Program-made: the position numbers and the translations under genes
Shown: positions 48,429 to 61,427 of the stretch, piece after piece
How positions within the stretch are numbered: the first letter of the stretch is position 1
Layout: each line of letters begins with the position of its first letter
Notes under the pieces: generated by a model
Databases searched by the model: none
What the model saw: the letters and a program-made list of their open reading frames with translations, nothing else
Told to the model about the DNA's origin: nothing
Source of the DNA: Balanoglossus misakiensis
Lineage: Eukaryota > Animalia > Hemichordata
Length of the DNA stretch: 64,000 bases
Assembly: GCA_040954595.2 (NCBI GenBank)
Contig: CM082581.2
Location: 2,286,699 to 2,350,698 of the forward strand
Direction: 5' to 3'

Positions 48429-49457
48429 ACAACACACCCTACTCATGCTAAGTTGTTACCAATTCCAGTTTCAGGACCCTGGGACCGACTGGGTATGGAT
48501 ATTGTGGGACCCCTCCCTAGAACTTATGATGGTCATAAATACATCTTAGTACTTACTCATTACTTTACTTCTTAGTACTTACTCATTACTTTACAAAGTT
48601 TTCATTAGCATATCCATTACGTAATGCACGAGCTGAGACAGTTGCTAAGATCTTGTTTGATGAAGTAATTGCTACTTATGGAAGCCCCAGAGTTTTGCTG
48701 AGTAATGAGGGATCGATTTTTTTTATCCCAGGTAGTTCACGAAACCTGCAAATATTTCAACATTCAGAGTAAAGTTTCTACCCCTTATCGTCCACAGACC
48801 AATGGCCTTACAGAACGTTTCAATGGTTGCCTAGTCGACATGCTGTCCATGTTTGTTGATAGTAAACAGAGAGATTGGGATCGGTACCTAAGTTCAGTGC
48901 TTTTCGCGTATAGAGTTAGTCCTCAAGAGTCCAGTGGGTTCAGCCCGTATTATGTGTTATAAGGTCGGCATCCCACATTGCCCATGGATGTTGAATTCCA
49001 GCTAGTTGAGGGGAGGACAAGAAATATAGATACACACCTTAAACATTTAGCTGCTAAGAGGGAGATAGCTCATAAAATCGCCAAAGAGAATACAGATCGA
49101 TATCAACAGAATATGAAGGACCGTTATGATAAAAATATCCAACGGTCGCAAAATCTTAAAGTGGGGGATCCTGTATATTTATACACACCTCCTGTTAAAC
49201 CAGCAGTTAATAAGAAATTCGTACATAAGTGCAGTTGTTTTCAGCGTACTATGCAACACGTGTTACGCAATATTATGTGGCAATATGTGCTTTGTTATAT
49301 TGATGATATTATTATATTAAGCAGCTCTTTTGAGGAGCATCTACAACACATTGATACTGTCCAAACCAGGTTACGTCAAGCTGGATTGAAATTAAAACCC
49401 AGCAAATTTCAATTTATGAGAAAGAGTGTTAAATTTTGGGGTCATGTTATCAGTAAG

Positions 49458-51359
49458 CAGTAGGACAAACCTCCAAATTTAGCGACTTGCGTATGCGCAA
49501 CTAATTAGCTACTTAGTGTTTAGCTCCAACGCGCATGTGCGATATGACGTGATTGCCGGAAGCTGAACAAAGGTCACGTCATCTGCCCCAGGTTATGTTA
49601 TGGAACATCACATGGCGGTCGACGGTCTATCTTCTGTTGCGTGGATAATCGACCCAGTCATTAATCCCGGGCAGGATAATGGAGCAACCATCAACGGTAA
49701 TACATTTTCATGATAATTTGAATTGGTCGTAGTGTGTTTAGAACATGCATTGATTGTGTTTTTTGTATTATCTGGAAGAAATGGAGTGCCATCGAAATGA
49801 AATGCCAGTGTGTACATACACTGTGTTCGCGGAACTTTGACATGCGAACACCATACCGTCACTAGGAGCAACTTTTCACACGTTTGTAAGTCCGGTTGAA
49901 TAGCATTACACACAGTTTTCGCCATAGTTATAGCCTGAAATACCTGGGTGTACGTTGATAAACAAAGCATGTGATCAGATAATTACCATGACCATGTCAG
50001 CATCGTCCAGTGAGCAAAGTTGTTTGTCCGCATCATCATATACTAGTATTTGAACATAATAACCTTGTTGACGCTGTTCACATATTTATATTTGCACCTT
50101 ATTATTTACTGCATGTGTGTCAAGCGCATTAACAACGTCTTTACACTTTTCACCTTCAGTCAAATGAAAAGACACCAGACAGGAATAGTGAAGTGGGGAA
50201 TAAGAAGACTTACGGCAAGAAGAAGTTAAAGATAGAATATTTAGTGAACAGCGACGCCGTCTAAATTATGCTAGCAAACACATTTACATGAGTAGAATCA
50301 ATGATGGGGGAAGGGGGCTGATCAAAAATGAATCAAGAGACCATATTTTTTATTAAAAGTTGAAATATTTATTCATGTTTATACACACTTATTTGTTTGT
50401 TTGTTGCCAGGTTTTAAGAAATAAAGATTTAAATATATTCATTACTGTACATCATGTGTTTGTGTAATTTATTGAGAACAATGGAATTCAGAAAGGGCTT
50501 CATAGTCTCTGTGTAATGTAAATAGCAACTGAACCACACATTACTAACATGAAATGAAACTAGAAATGCAGTTGACAGAAGGCTACCATCATAGTACTGT
50601 TTTAAATCATAACATCTCACTTGAGGAGGTAACCAAAGTTGTTAATCACTCCAAACTTAGGAAAACTGTAGGAAGTGATAAATTACCATATCAGGTTTTC
50701 AAAAATCACGTTGATAACTTGGCCACTAGGACCACGTGTAGTTGGACCTGTTGGGGAAGAAAGAGGCACGGTTCAGAAAGCAACGTCACCTACCCGATCC
50801 TTTCAAAACATTGGAAAACAAGTTCAATTGAAATAGGTACATGCATGTACCTATACCCGTACACGTGAAAACGCGCTTTGACAAATCTAGCACACCGGAA
50901 GTGAGCAAACCATTCGCAAAAACCGTCCTCCATTGTCCCCCATTAGATAATCTGCTGTTTGAAGACATTGTTTCATTCAACATGACTTAAACTAGGTATA
51001 GAAGGTTCAGATCGATGGTTTTTAAACTGGTACGTTCTATTGCTTGTTATGTCGATTCGAATCATGGCGGGCAAATGGTCACACGGACATCGATTTTCAT
51101 GAAATTCGACTGAATTTTTTTACTTACCCTGTTTACACGACACCATGCTGGAAGGGAGGGTGTGACGTACAAGTTCAAACCGAAAACACCCGAAAGTCGA
51201 TGTACATAACATCAAAAGCAGGCCGATAACATCCAAGAGCGAACTTCGACAAATACTTCCGCTTTTCCATGCCAGGGACGTCAGTATATGCAAATACAGG
51301 GTGTGAGCATGCGCAGACATATTGTAGGCAGTCGCTAAATTTGGAGGTTTGTCCTACTG
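49458..51359. mobile_element. Unclassified non-autonomous TIR element with 5-bp TSD, inserted in Gypsy RT
   Basis: GTAAG|CAGTAGGACAAACCTCCAAATTTAGCGACT...AGTCGCTAAATTTGGAGGTTTGTCCTACTG|GTAAG. Removing it restores HVISK-DGIAADKSKV. Confidence 0.92.
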
Positions 51360-54300
51360 GTAAGGATGGAATTGCGGCTGACAAGAGTAAAGTAACAGTT
51401 GTTAAAGAATATCCCCGTCCTCATACTGTCACACAGTTGAAATAATTTTTGGGTTGGCCCAATTATTTTAGAAAGTTTATAAAGAATTTCTCGATCATTG
51501 CTAGGCCTATACATAAATTGTTGGGAAAGGACACGAAATTTGAATGAGATGATAGATGCGAACATGCATTCGAGAAATTAAAACATGTTCTGTGTCAAGC
51601 ACCAATTCTAGGGTATCATTTTCATAATTTGTGGTTTCTGGGACACCGTTTTCTTCACACGACTCATCAGATGAGGATGAGTCAAAGTCGGAGTGGTGCA
51701 AATAAGCTCTTTTTAGTCTATTCACATGTATGACTTTGCGATAATTCCTGGTGCTATATATGAAACGTAACTTGTAATTAACAGGACCCACCTTCACAGA
51801 AATAATGTAAGGACCTGTCCATGGGACTATTTCGCAACCCCTGGGCAAGTCTCCTGTATTGATATAAACCTTGATGTGTGACAAAAGCTGTTTTTGGTGT
51901 ACTCTCTTCATCTAATTCCAATTGAAAAAATCCTGACTGTAAGTCTAGCGTCGAAAAATACTGAGGCTTATTCTTGCCTAACATTTCAAGATATTCGTCC
52001 GTTCTGGGTAAGGGAAACGAATCAGGCACTGTAATATTTTTTAAATGACGGAAATCTGTGCAAAAACGCCACGAACCATCAGGCTTTTTGACTAAAATTA
52101 TTGGACTAGCAATCGGTGAAGTAGACGACTCGATAATATTTAGTTCTAACAGCTGATCAACTTGTCGCTCAAGTTCACGTCTTTTCTCAAGCGTTACTCG
52201 GTAAGGTCGACGGAACGGGGCAGCGCCCTCTTGTAATCGTATTCTATGTTTGATTACATCACAGTTACCTAAACGACCACTAGACTCAACAAAAGCTTCT
52301 ATATTGTGCAGTAAAACATCTCTAAGCTGTTTACGCTGAGCCTTAGTTATCTCTAATTCATTAAGCTTCAATTGACCCATCAAATAATCCGTCTCTTTCT
52401 GTGTATGGGGCCCTTCAGGTGAGACACAAATAATGGCATTATTATCGAGTGGGATTATTCGACTATTACAGGACAAGGGCGAAAACTTTCCAACAACACT
52501 GTTTTTCTTAATTTTGACCACTGTATCCAAAGTGTTTACAACTCGCATGGGAAGAAAATTCTTATTCGAATAGGCCAACACCTTAGCTGCCAAAATACCC
52601 GGCGTTAATCGTGTTCGTTTATCAGAAATAAAATCTAAAACTCCAGTAAAATATTTATACGGCACTTTCACTGGAATAACCATTTCACTTCCAGGTGATC
52701 CATGGAGACACGTACCTGATCCACGTTCATTTATTATCCATAATTATTATAGTACATCAAATACGCCCAGTAAAGTACATGAGGAAGGGAACGAACTCAG
52801 TAGCCTGAGGTACTCCCATCTCCCGTTAGATTATTCTCTTCCATCTTTGGAAACAAGGGGAAATCAGCTGGTTAATTAGATTGTGTTAGACAGGTTGTGA
52901 TAACTAAGTCCTCAAGAAATTATGTGCTGCGGTGGGCTCATGATTGTGTTTTAGCGGGACATTTAGGATACACTAAAACGTTGGGAGTTTTAAGACAGAG
53001 GTATTTTTGGGAAAGGATGCCCCGGGATGTTGACATGTACGTAAAGACATGCGCACATTGTCACACACGAAAGAGAGCCACACCCCCTACTCATGCTAAG
53101 TTGTTACCTATTCCAGTATCAGGACCCTGGGACCGACTGGGTATGAATATTGTGGGACCCCTCCCTAGAACTTATGATGGCCATAGATACATCTTAGTAC
53201 TTACTCATTACTTTACTAAGTTTCCAGTAGCATATCCATTACGTAATGCACGAGCTGACAGTTGCTAAGATCTTGTTTGATGAAGTAATTGCTACTTATG
53301 GAAGCCCCAGAGTTTTGCTGAGTAATGAGGGATCGAATTTTTTTATCCCAGGTAGTTCACGAAACTTGCAAATATTTCAACATCCAGAGTAAAGTTTCTA
53401 CCCCTTATCGTCCACAGACCAATGGCCTTACAGAACGTTTCAATGGTTGCCTAGTCGACATGCTGTCCATGTTTGTTGATAGTAAACAGAAAGATTGGGA
53501 TCGGTACCTAAGTTCAGTGCTTTTCGCGTATAGAGTTAGTCCTCAAGAGTCCAGTGGGTTCAGCCCGTATTATGTGTTATAAGGTCGGCATCCCACATTG
53601 CCCATGGATGTTGAATTCCAGCCAGTTGAGGGGAGGACAAGAAATATAGATACACACCTTAAACATTTAGCTGCTAAGAGGGAGATAGCTCATAAAATCG
53701 CCAAAGAGAATATAGGTCGACAGAATATGAAGGACCGTTATGATCAAAATATCCAACGGTCACAAAATCTTAAAGTGGGGGATCCTGTATATTTATACAC
53801 ACCTGATGTTAAACCAGGAGTTAATAAGAAATTCGTACATAAGTGGAGAGGTCCTTACATTATTTCTGAGAAGGCGGGTCCTGTTAATTACAAGTTACGT
53901 TTCATCAATAGCACCAGGAATTATCGTAAAGGCATACATGTGAATAGGCTAAAAAGAGCTTATTTGCGCCCCTCAGAGTTTGACTCATCCTCACCAGATA
54001 CCAAAAATTATGAAAATGGGACCGAAATATGTCAAAGTCCTAAATCAGACATAAATGAATCAGAGAATGGTTCTGATCAAATTGAGGGATTGGAATTGAG
54101 AGATTTGTCGTCAAGGACAAATCCCAGTGCTATCGATGAAACTAATAACAATTGAAATTGTCAGAACAAAGCTTCTGAGCCATTTACGAAATAGAAAATG
54201 TGTTGAAGGGTCGACATAGAAATGGGAAATTACAGTATTTGGTTAAGTGGAAGAATAATTCAACCAAACATAATACGTGGGAGGATGAAGACAATTTGAA

Positions 54301-54908
54301 TGAAATTGCAAAAGAGTATTTGATGAGAAATCCTGTAAAGATAAAGGGGAAACGGGTTATAGCACATTTGCACATTTAAATCTATGGACAGAGAAATATG
54401 CGCGTAACAAAAAAAACACGGAAAATTGAGACACGTGGTTGACTGAAATGAGAGTTTGAACACGACTGAGAGGTATGAGTGTTGGCCAGTCTGTATGAGT
54501 GAGAATACGATTGGCGTGTCCCTTGATTCGTTTAAATGTTACGCAAGTTGTCGAATGACATTTTTTATCCGTTGTTTGCTGAGTTTAGTTATATGTGCTA
54601 TGCAACCTGGTTCCCGTGTCACTCTGTTTAAATGTGTTGATGTATTTAAGTTATAAAGAAATTACCAGTGAAGTTTGAAGTTGCAGAGATTTTAACACTG
54701 GAGAAAAATGTTTTGAGTTGAATTTTTCGTTCGTTTGATGACCTAAATAGTTGGCCCAGTTTGTGTAAATAGTCCCTTGTAATGGCTATGTGTTTGTATA
54801 AAGAAACCACAGAGATAACCGATTTAGCAAGTTGTATTTTATTGCATTATCTTCTTAATTAAGAAACTTGTGTCCAATGCGGGACGCATTGCTTTAAAAC
54901 AAGGGGAG

Positions 54909-55381
54909 TGTTATGATCTGTACAAAGGTCAAATATGATTTTAAGGGTCAATTATACTTAAAGCTCGGGAATGTCAATGTTTGATAGTATTTTTATTTTA
55001 TGTATTTGAAGTAGATAGGGGGAGCTGGTGTTTAATTGACTGCTCTGAGTGTCAATCATCATCGAACTGACTTTATTATATAACGCTCTATGTAATTTGG
55101 TACGTATATAGTTGAATTGATGCCTTATGAAATTGTAACACATTGTATTTGTGATATTTGACATGATTAACCACGCCTTGAGAAAAGTAATTATAAGAGA
55201 ACTTTGTTTGCAAAGTTGGGGGAGGAGAATAATCTAACGGGAGATGTATGTACCTCAGGCTACTGAGCTCGTTTCCTTCCTCACATACTTAACTGGACAT
55301 ATTTGATGTACTGGAGTAATTCTCGACAATAAATGAACGTGAATCAGATACGTGTCTCCGTGGATCACTGTTCTCGTCACA
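54909..55381 (+). repeat. Gypsy 3' LTR preceded by a polypurine tract
   Basis: AAAACAAGGGGAG|TGTTATGA...TCGTCACA; AATAAA at ~55328; diverged inverted copy at ~52695-52860. Confidence 0.78.
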
Positions 55382-55449
55382 GGCCGTTACCTCATCGCTA
55401 CAATGTCCCTGATGTATGAACTACAATAATATTCCAGCGGTAGTACGAC

Positions 55450-56400
55450 TCTGAAAAGTATGCACTACTGATCTTACTTGACCTCTCCGCCGCATTCGAT
55501 TCCATTGATCACGGGATACTTATTCGTAGACTATCGAACCTTGGCATTACAGTATTAACATGGTTTAACATCTTACATTCAAAATAGATACCAAACTGTA
55601 ATCATCGAAAACACTGCAAGTTCACATTCACCTATCGTATTGGGCCTACGCGGCTCTGTCCTTGGCCCTCTGTTCTTCGCCATTTATATAGCCCCACTTT
55701 GTAAACTGAATCGTCACCACAACCACAATTTCATCAGTACGCCGATGATAAACTACTATACCTTGCTTTTTCTCCGCAAGATCCACCCTCTATCGTCCAA
55801 TCTCTGGAGATCTGCATCGAAGGCATGGATGACACTGAATAAACTACAGCTAAACAAAACCGAAGTCGTTGATATTCGCTCATCTTCTTGATCCTATTCC
55901 ATCCTCCAACATGGGCTCTGCATCCATCTCTCTGGTAACAGCAACGTGTAATCTGGGAGCTGTCTTTGATAGTATCCATATTTATAACCAGCCCATCAAG
56001 AATACATGTATGTCCACGTTTTTTTTATCGTCGACACATCGGATCAATACGAAAGTACCTATCTTCTAAGGATTGAATTCGTGTAGTTCTTTCAACCAAA
56101 CTTGAATACTTCAATTCGTTACTGTTTGGTCTTCCTCAATCTGCAGTAAATCTACTTCAGTGATTACAAAACACAGCAGCAAATATCATCACCCGGTCGA
56201 AGAAGTTTGAACACATCACTCTTGCCCTCATCACTCTGGATTAGCTACCAGTTTGTGCCAGGATTGATTACAAGATATTGCTTCTTAAATACAATGCCAT
56301 TCATGGCCTTACCCTGGAGTACATCAATGCCATTCATGGCCTTACCCTGGAGTACATTTCTAACATGGTTAATCGATTTACCCCTTCACACAACTTATAG
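55450..56400 (+). mobile_element. Decayed L2-clade LINE RT fragment
   Basis: [38 protein letters not shown]...FEHIT across frameshifts. Confidence 0.85.
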
Positions 56401-56487
56401 TGTCTGTGTTATGCCCTTACACACAACACGCATAATCACTCTTTTGTGGTGCAGTTGAAGTTTGTTGCCGTCTAGAATCTCATATGA

Positions 56488-56901
56488 GGTAATATGCTTT
56501 AATATTTTCAAGCAAAAGTGCAGGGTGGCCGTGTAATCCAAATCCAGCCCAGTCGATTTTTTTTCGCCTTTCCGAACTTCAAGTTAGAATCGCTCGGTGA
56601 TTATTTCCCGCCAAATATGCTAATTTTCACCTGAGAGGTCTTATATCCGCAACCAAATACCCTCGCTAGCCGTTTATAACCTCTAAACGATGCCCAAACC
56701 ATACCATACCATATTACCGTGTTTCATGTATAGTCAACTTTCCAGAAGATTGTTTTGACAGCGGAAGATAATTAGGGGTTATTACACTAAATTTGGTCGA
56801 TAACGCGTCGTATTCGAGTGATGTCCGTATTCTGACTCGTTGCTTTGCACGATATACGGACATCACTCGCGTTATCGACCAAAATTCGTGTAATAACCCC
56901 T
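56488..56901. mobile_element. Two-stem palindromic element
   Basis: GGTAATATG...CATATTACC (56488-56718), then long hairpin AGGGGTTATTACAC...GTGTAATAACCCCT (56774-56901). Confidence 0.6.
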
Positions 56902-57823
56902 TTATCATACATGCCTACCTATAAAACAATACAATTTGCGAAAATGCGTCGAGAAAAACAATTTCACGGCCACAAATTTGAACCGGGCGCCCTTGGATCA
57001 CGGCAGGCACCCATAGCCAAGTGAGACAGGGCGATGCGATCAGGTGATCAACGTGTAGGCCGTAGTATTATTCTCAGGGGGCTGGCAGCTTTCATTACGA
57101 TGGGCACATCTGCATTCTAAATACAATTGCCTACGTTCTCTTTCAAAATATCATGTTAACGATTATTTCGCATTGAGAATTCCGAAGAAGTAAATGTGAT
57201 ACATTCAACATGACAAAAAACTCCAGCTTTGAAAACTTTATTACAGCTTCTAATAACCCAATTTTACAACATCCCTCTCCACTAAAGTCCTATGCCCCGT
57301 ACGTCGCTCGCGCGCGCAGCGAACTATCACGCCGATCACCTAGTCAACGCTGTGTGATGATTTCAGCGCATTCTCCTAAATAGTTCAAGACGGGGTATAT
57401 CACTGAGTGAAATACCTACCGTATAATACAGTCGCATCGATGACCCATATTAGGAGATGCTTATTAGCATAAAAATTAACATATCGTTAATATGTAGAAC
57501 GCGATCTGACAAATGACTTCTTTGGAAATACGTCTTTTCCCGCTCTTTGGTATGAAAATTACGACCTTTTTATTCAAATGTAATTTTGGGGTGAAATACG
57601 CTGGGGATATCCCGTCAATTAAAAACACGAAAGTACGAGTCAAACTTGCTTCCGGGTCAATAAGAAAACATTTCACCAGTGCTTTTTAAAAATAATAAAT
57701 TTTGATTTCGGCGCATACACTATTTTTGACGACAGCGACACAACAAGCCCCGCACAACCGAAAAAGCAGGCGAGCGAACACCATCACCAGGTCATCGTGT
57801 CACAATACTATACTCTTCAGAGA

Positions 57824-58045
57824 ATGCCTTCACTCATCGTACACCAAGTACTGGCAGTGGCGATGCACCACTATAAAGGTGCACTTACTGTCGGTGCTGG
57901 GTATCGCCTTCTGCGGGAGAAATCCAACCCATACGATCAGAACGCCGTCAAACCTCAAATGACATTTGGCTTATGCTCTTGGACAAAGTTTCATGTACTT
58001 CGTCATGATGAGTCAGGAGTTTTTAAACCGTTATTTTCGATCAAG
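57824..58045 (+). pseudogene. HIRAN-domain protein fragment
   Basis: VAMHHY...LTVGAGYRLLREKSNPYDQNAVK matches the HIRAN LxREPxNPYDxNAV motif; the domain appears internally truncated. Confidence 0.6.
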
Positions 58046-58309
58046 GTAGGGAATAATTGGTATTTGTGTATGGATTAATTATTGATCTAGAAGCATCGGG
58101 GGAATCGGCCAGATAACCTGACAGTAAAACGGTGAAATGAAATGAAAATTCTGCAACTTGAACCGCCGGTGATGTTTACGTCGAAGCGCTTTATATTGTG
58201 GTAGGTTTACAAATTATATCCCGGACATCTGTCATATACACATGGTGTTATTTATGTTATACAGTTTCTTCAGTCACCGAGTATAGTTAATTTGTCTTAA
58301 CTCATATTT

Positions 58310-58530
58310 CAGTGTTTCATTTAGGATGGCATCAACAGGGGGGATACGTCCCCATTGCCAGAATATTTAGGGGGGTTTCCACTCTCCAAGGCAGACTGTA
58401 ATATCTCCAACATGTACACAGCATCATTTTAAGGGGCATTGCCCCCCCCCCCCCCCCCATGACAAGTTCCTAAGGGGTGCTATCATGTCAACAAGGGGGT
58501 GAATCCCCCCTCCCCCTAGATGAAACACTG
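58310..58530. mobile_element. MITE with CAGTGTTTCATYTAG TIR (hAT-like termini)
   Basis: CAGTGTTTCATTTAGG...CCTAGATGAAACACTG; TSD not clean. Confidence 0.75.
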
Positions 58531-59959
58531 ATGTTTCTACTGCCAAGAAATTAAAATTACATTGCATGATGTTGCCACTTTCGTAATTTGTTTTATTGAA
58601 ATGACTGTATTTTTGAAAAAAATTAATTGTATAAATGCATAATTTTGTAAACTTCCAATTGTCAAAAAGCTAAAATAAAAATGGCATGAAATTGAAATAA
58701 ATGACTCCTCACAACTGACCACTATTTGAGATTATCAAATTTTTATTACAAAGAACTAAAAAATTCATATAAAATTACATTCAATTCATGATTATTATAA
58801 CAATGCACAAAACTCTCTCTCAACTTTATCAACCCCGAACCCACACAATCCAACCCCATACCCATTAACAAATCAACTCCCATAATTTATAAATAATGAT
58901 AAAAGAAAATAACACTGGAATCCAATTTGGCGAAAGAAATGATTGCTGTATTTAAATAATATATGAAACCAAGTTTATTATAAAAAAAAATTAAATGACA
59001 CTCAATATTTTGCCAACAAATAAAAATTAATCGTAAAAGAATAAATAAACCTAAAAGATAATAAAAATGTAATTAAAGCATAAAATAAAAGTAAAACATT
59101 GCACCTGAAGTGTTAGTTGAATAGGTTTCTAAATAGGAAAAAAAAATGTGTCATGATTTTAAACAAATGAAATTCGGAAATGATCATAATTTGAATTTTT
59201 ATCACATGATTGACTGGAATAATGTTTCAATGTTGGGTTATAATATAAAACGTAATTCATTTGTTTCATTCCTATTTAGAAACCTTCAAATAATTTTTCA
59301 ATAAAAATATAATTAAAAAAATATATAAATTCTGTTGATTAGAATATAGAAAATCAATAATCTCCTCAGCTGGTCAGCAAGTACAGTGGCAGTAGTTTTC
59401 AGTGACAGCTGCTCCTCAAGAGGACTAAACATAATTGAAAAAAAGATACACACAAAAACGAGATTAAATCATGGAAAGTAAAAAAAAAGAATAGAGATAC
59501 ATGGTAAACTAATAGATAAACTGTGAAATATGACCAAAAAAAGATTTTTTTTTATAAATCAATAAAATCTGTAGCCACTGTAATTCAATTGTGTACTGTG
59601 CAGTGTATTTCTGTTTTGCCAATACTGTGTTTTGTGCACAGTTAATATGATAGACAAGGGGAATGGGTGTTTGAATTTGAAATACACTAATAATTTTACT
59701 GTTGCATTTCAAATTCAAACACTTCTGTAATAGCCCCTTATAAATCATGCACACTGTGCAGTAATTCCAGGAGCTTGGATTTGTTTGTTGCCCGTCGTAG
59801 TTGTGTATGCAGTGATGTTCTGTATGTTAACGGTAGTGTCTGAATTATGTCGTTGCATTCGTGTCGAAGTGTGGCATTTGTTTTTTTTGTCTTCTCTTTC
59901 AATTTCTGCTCTTTCTTTTTCTGTAACAAGTAGTATTTTTTTTGCCAGTGCCTGGAGAC

Positions 59960-60809
59960 TTACCTTGGCAGATGATACTTACCAGGGAACGTCTTTTTTC
60001 TTCGGCATTGATGTTATAATTGCCAATGTGTCTATCCATAGCATCTCCTGAGATGGTAATAGGAGACCGACCATCCTGATACTTGACATAAGATGTCTGT
60101 CTCAGTCGTCCCCTGAAACCCGTCAAGTCGTTAGAGTAGCCTGGGCGGCTACGTTCCAACGACTCGGGGTTTACAAGGCTAACGACTGAGAAGACTATCT
60201 TTCTCAGACTGGCCAGGGCATCATGCCTGCTACAGATGACAACCCACTTACCTGAATCGGGCACTGGAGGAGCTCAGGCCTTGTTGTTTTAGTCGTACTC
60301 CTCCAGGACGGCGTCCGCACCTTGATGGGCATCAGGCCTACCAGATCGTGAAATGGCCTCGTACTTCTCCAGAGTTTGGAGAAGTATTGGTGGATACCGG
60401 GCACGGTCGGTCTCGTCATAGACATCAATCATTTGGTAAGTGGGGTGATTCCGACCGTACCACAGGGTGCGAAGGAGATGTCGTCAAGCCCGTAGGTAAG
60501 TGGGTGAATTGAAGCTCGTGCCCTGTCGAAAGAGGAAAATTCCTTGTAAATGTTGTAGAAGAATATTGTAAATGAAATTCATGTGAGAGTCTGTCACTGC
60601 TGCTGCATTCAACCAGCCAAAAAACAAACTGGTGGATGCATCAGCAGTGGGATTACTCACATCATGCACATGAAATTCCTGTAGCAATTCGCTCCACAGA
60701 CAATCTCTGAATTTGCAAAGAAGGTCAAATGAAATGTGATGATCAGAACACTTCTTCACACATTCTAGAGATCTGCCTCAGGAGAATCCCTGAGATATAG
60801 CAAAGTCCC
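59960..60809 (-). pseudogene. Decayed gene of an uncharacterised, probably transposon-encoded family (DUF6589-like by motif recall)
   Basis: Across stops and frameshifts: KKCSDHHISFDLL...IFLFRQG...LWYGRNHPTYQMID...SRSGRPDAHQGADAVLEEY...PPVPDSGKWVVIC; acceptor tttacag at ~60810. Confidence 0.55.
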
Positions 60810-60854
60810 TGTAAATCCCAATACATAGAAACAAATACACGGGTTTCAGAAGTC

Positions 60855-60871
60855 TAGCGCCCTCTTGTGGC
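60855..60871 (-). promoter_or_regulatory. CTCF-consensus-like site
   Basis: GCCACAAGAGGGCGCTA on the minus strand. Confidence 0.5.
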
Positions 60872-61427
60872 TATCATGAATTTGACCTCAAAGCGAGGCC
60901 ACTGGGTGTACGCCCCTGATGAGTTGATGACAGCTCATTAACACAGGCTCAGCGGTTTGTTGACGGAAGTGGCGACGCCGATAAAACTTTTCAAGGTAAG
61001 AATTTCTCGAATTCGCAGCTGTATTTTTGTTTTCAGTCATATTTTAAGCACCTTCTTGTTTAGCTTCTGAGATATTATAGCAAAAAAAGTGTGAATTTTT
61101 GCGATCATAAATTTTTTTTTTGGAGCGACCGATATAGCGCACGGTTAGCTGGAAAGCCGGCATTCTGGTCAAAGGCACGTATCGATCGATCGACTCAGCG
61201 AAAAAAAATCAAAGTTTACTTTCAGTTTTTGTTACCTTAATTATGATCGAGCCCATAGCCGAACTGCTAAGGGGTGTTATTCACCGAAACTTTATGAATG
61301 AGAGCTTTTAAAAGTTTTAGTTTTATTGCAGACCTTCTGCAGCCTATATTCCTCTTGCATTTGTATTCATGTTCAATGCTTCACAGAGTAAAAAAAATGT
61401 AATTGACATGCTGGATTTTTACACAGA

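Larger units (their letters stand above)
48429..55381. mobile_element. Scrambled, pseudogenised Ty3/Gypsy LTR retrotransposon complex
   Basis: + integrase core 48429-49230; + RT 49235-49457 (YIDD) continuing 51365-51617; - integrase C-terminus 51617-51820; - pol 51822-52690 (PYR, SPIILVKKPDGSWRFCTDFR, LDLQSGF); - LTR piece ~52695-52860; + integrase 52897-54155 (HHCC, PQTNGLTERFN, WRGPY); chromodomain ~54185-54310; PPT and LTR. Confidence 0.93.

Noticed and set aside
45662-48435. Repeated short ORFs in the 528-bp satellite
   Set aside because: Frames are broken by indels between units and no domain is recognisable.
49458-51359. Polinton/Maverick end (AGTAG-like terminus)
   Set aside because: The TSD only works with CAG termini and 5 bp, the TIR is short, and no Polinton genes are present.
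60915-60950. Hammerhead ribozyme core (CTGATGAG plus hairpin)
   Set aside because: No GAAA after stem II and no stem I/III pairing found.
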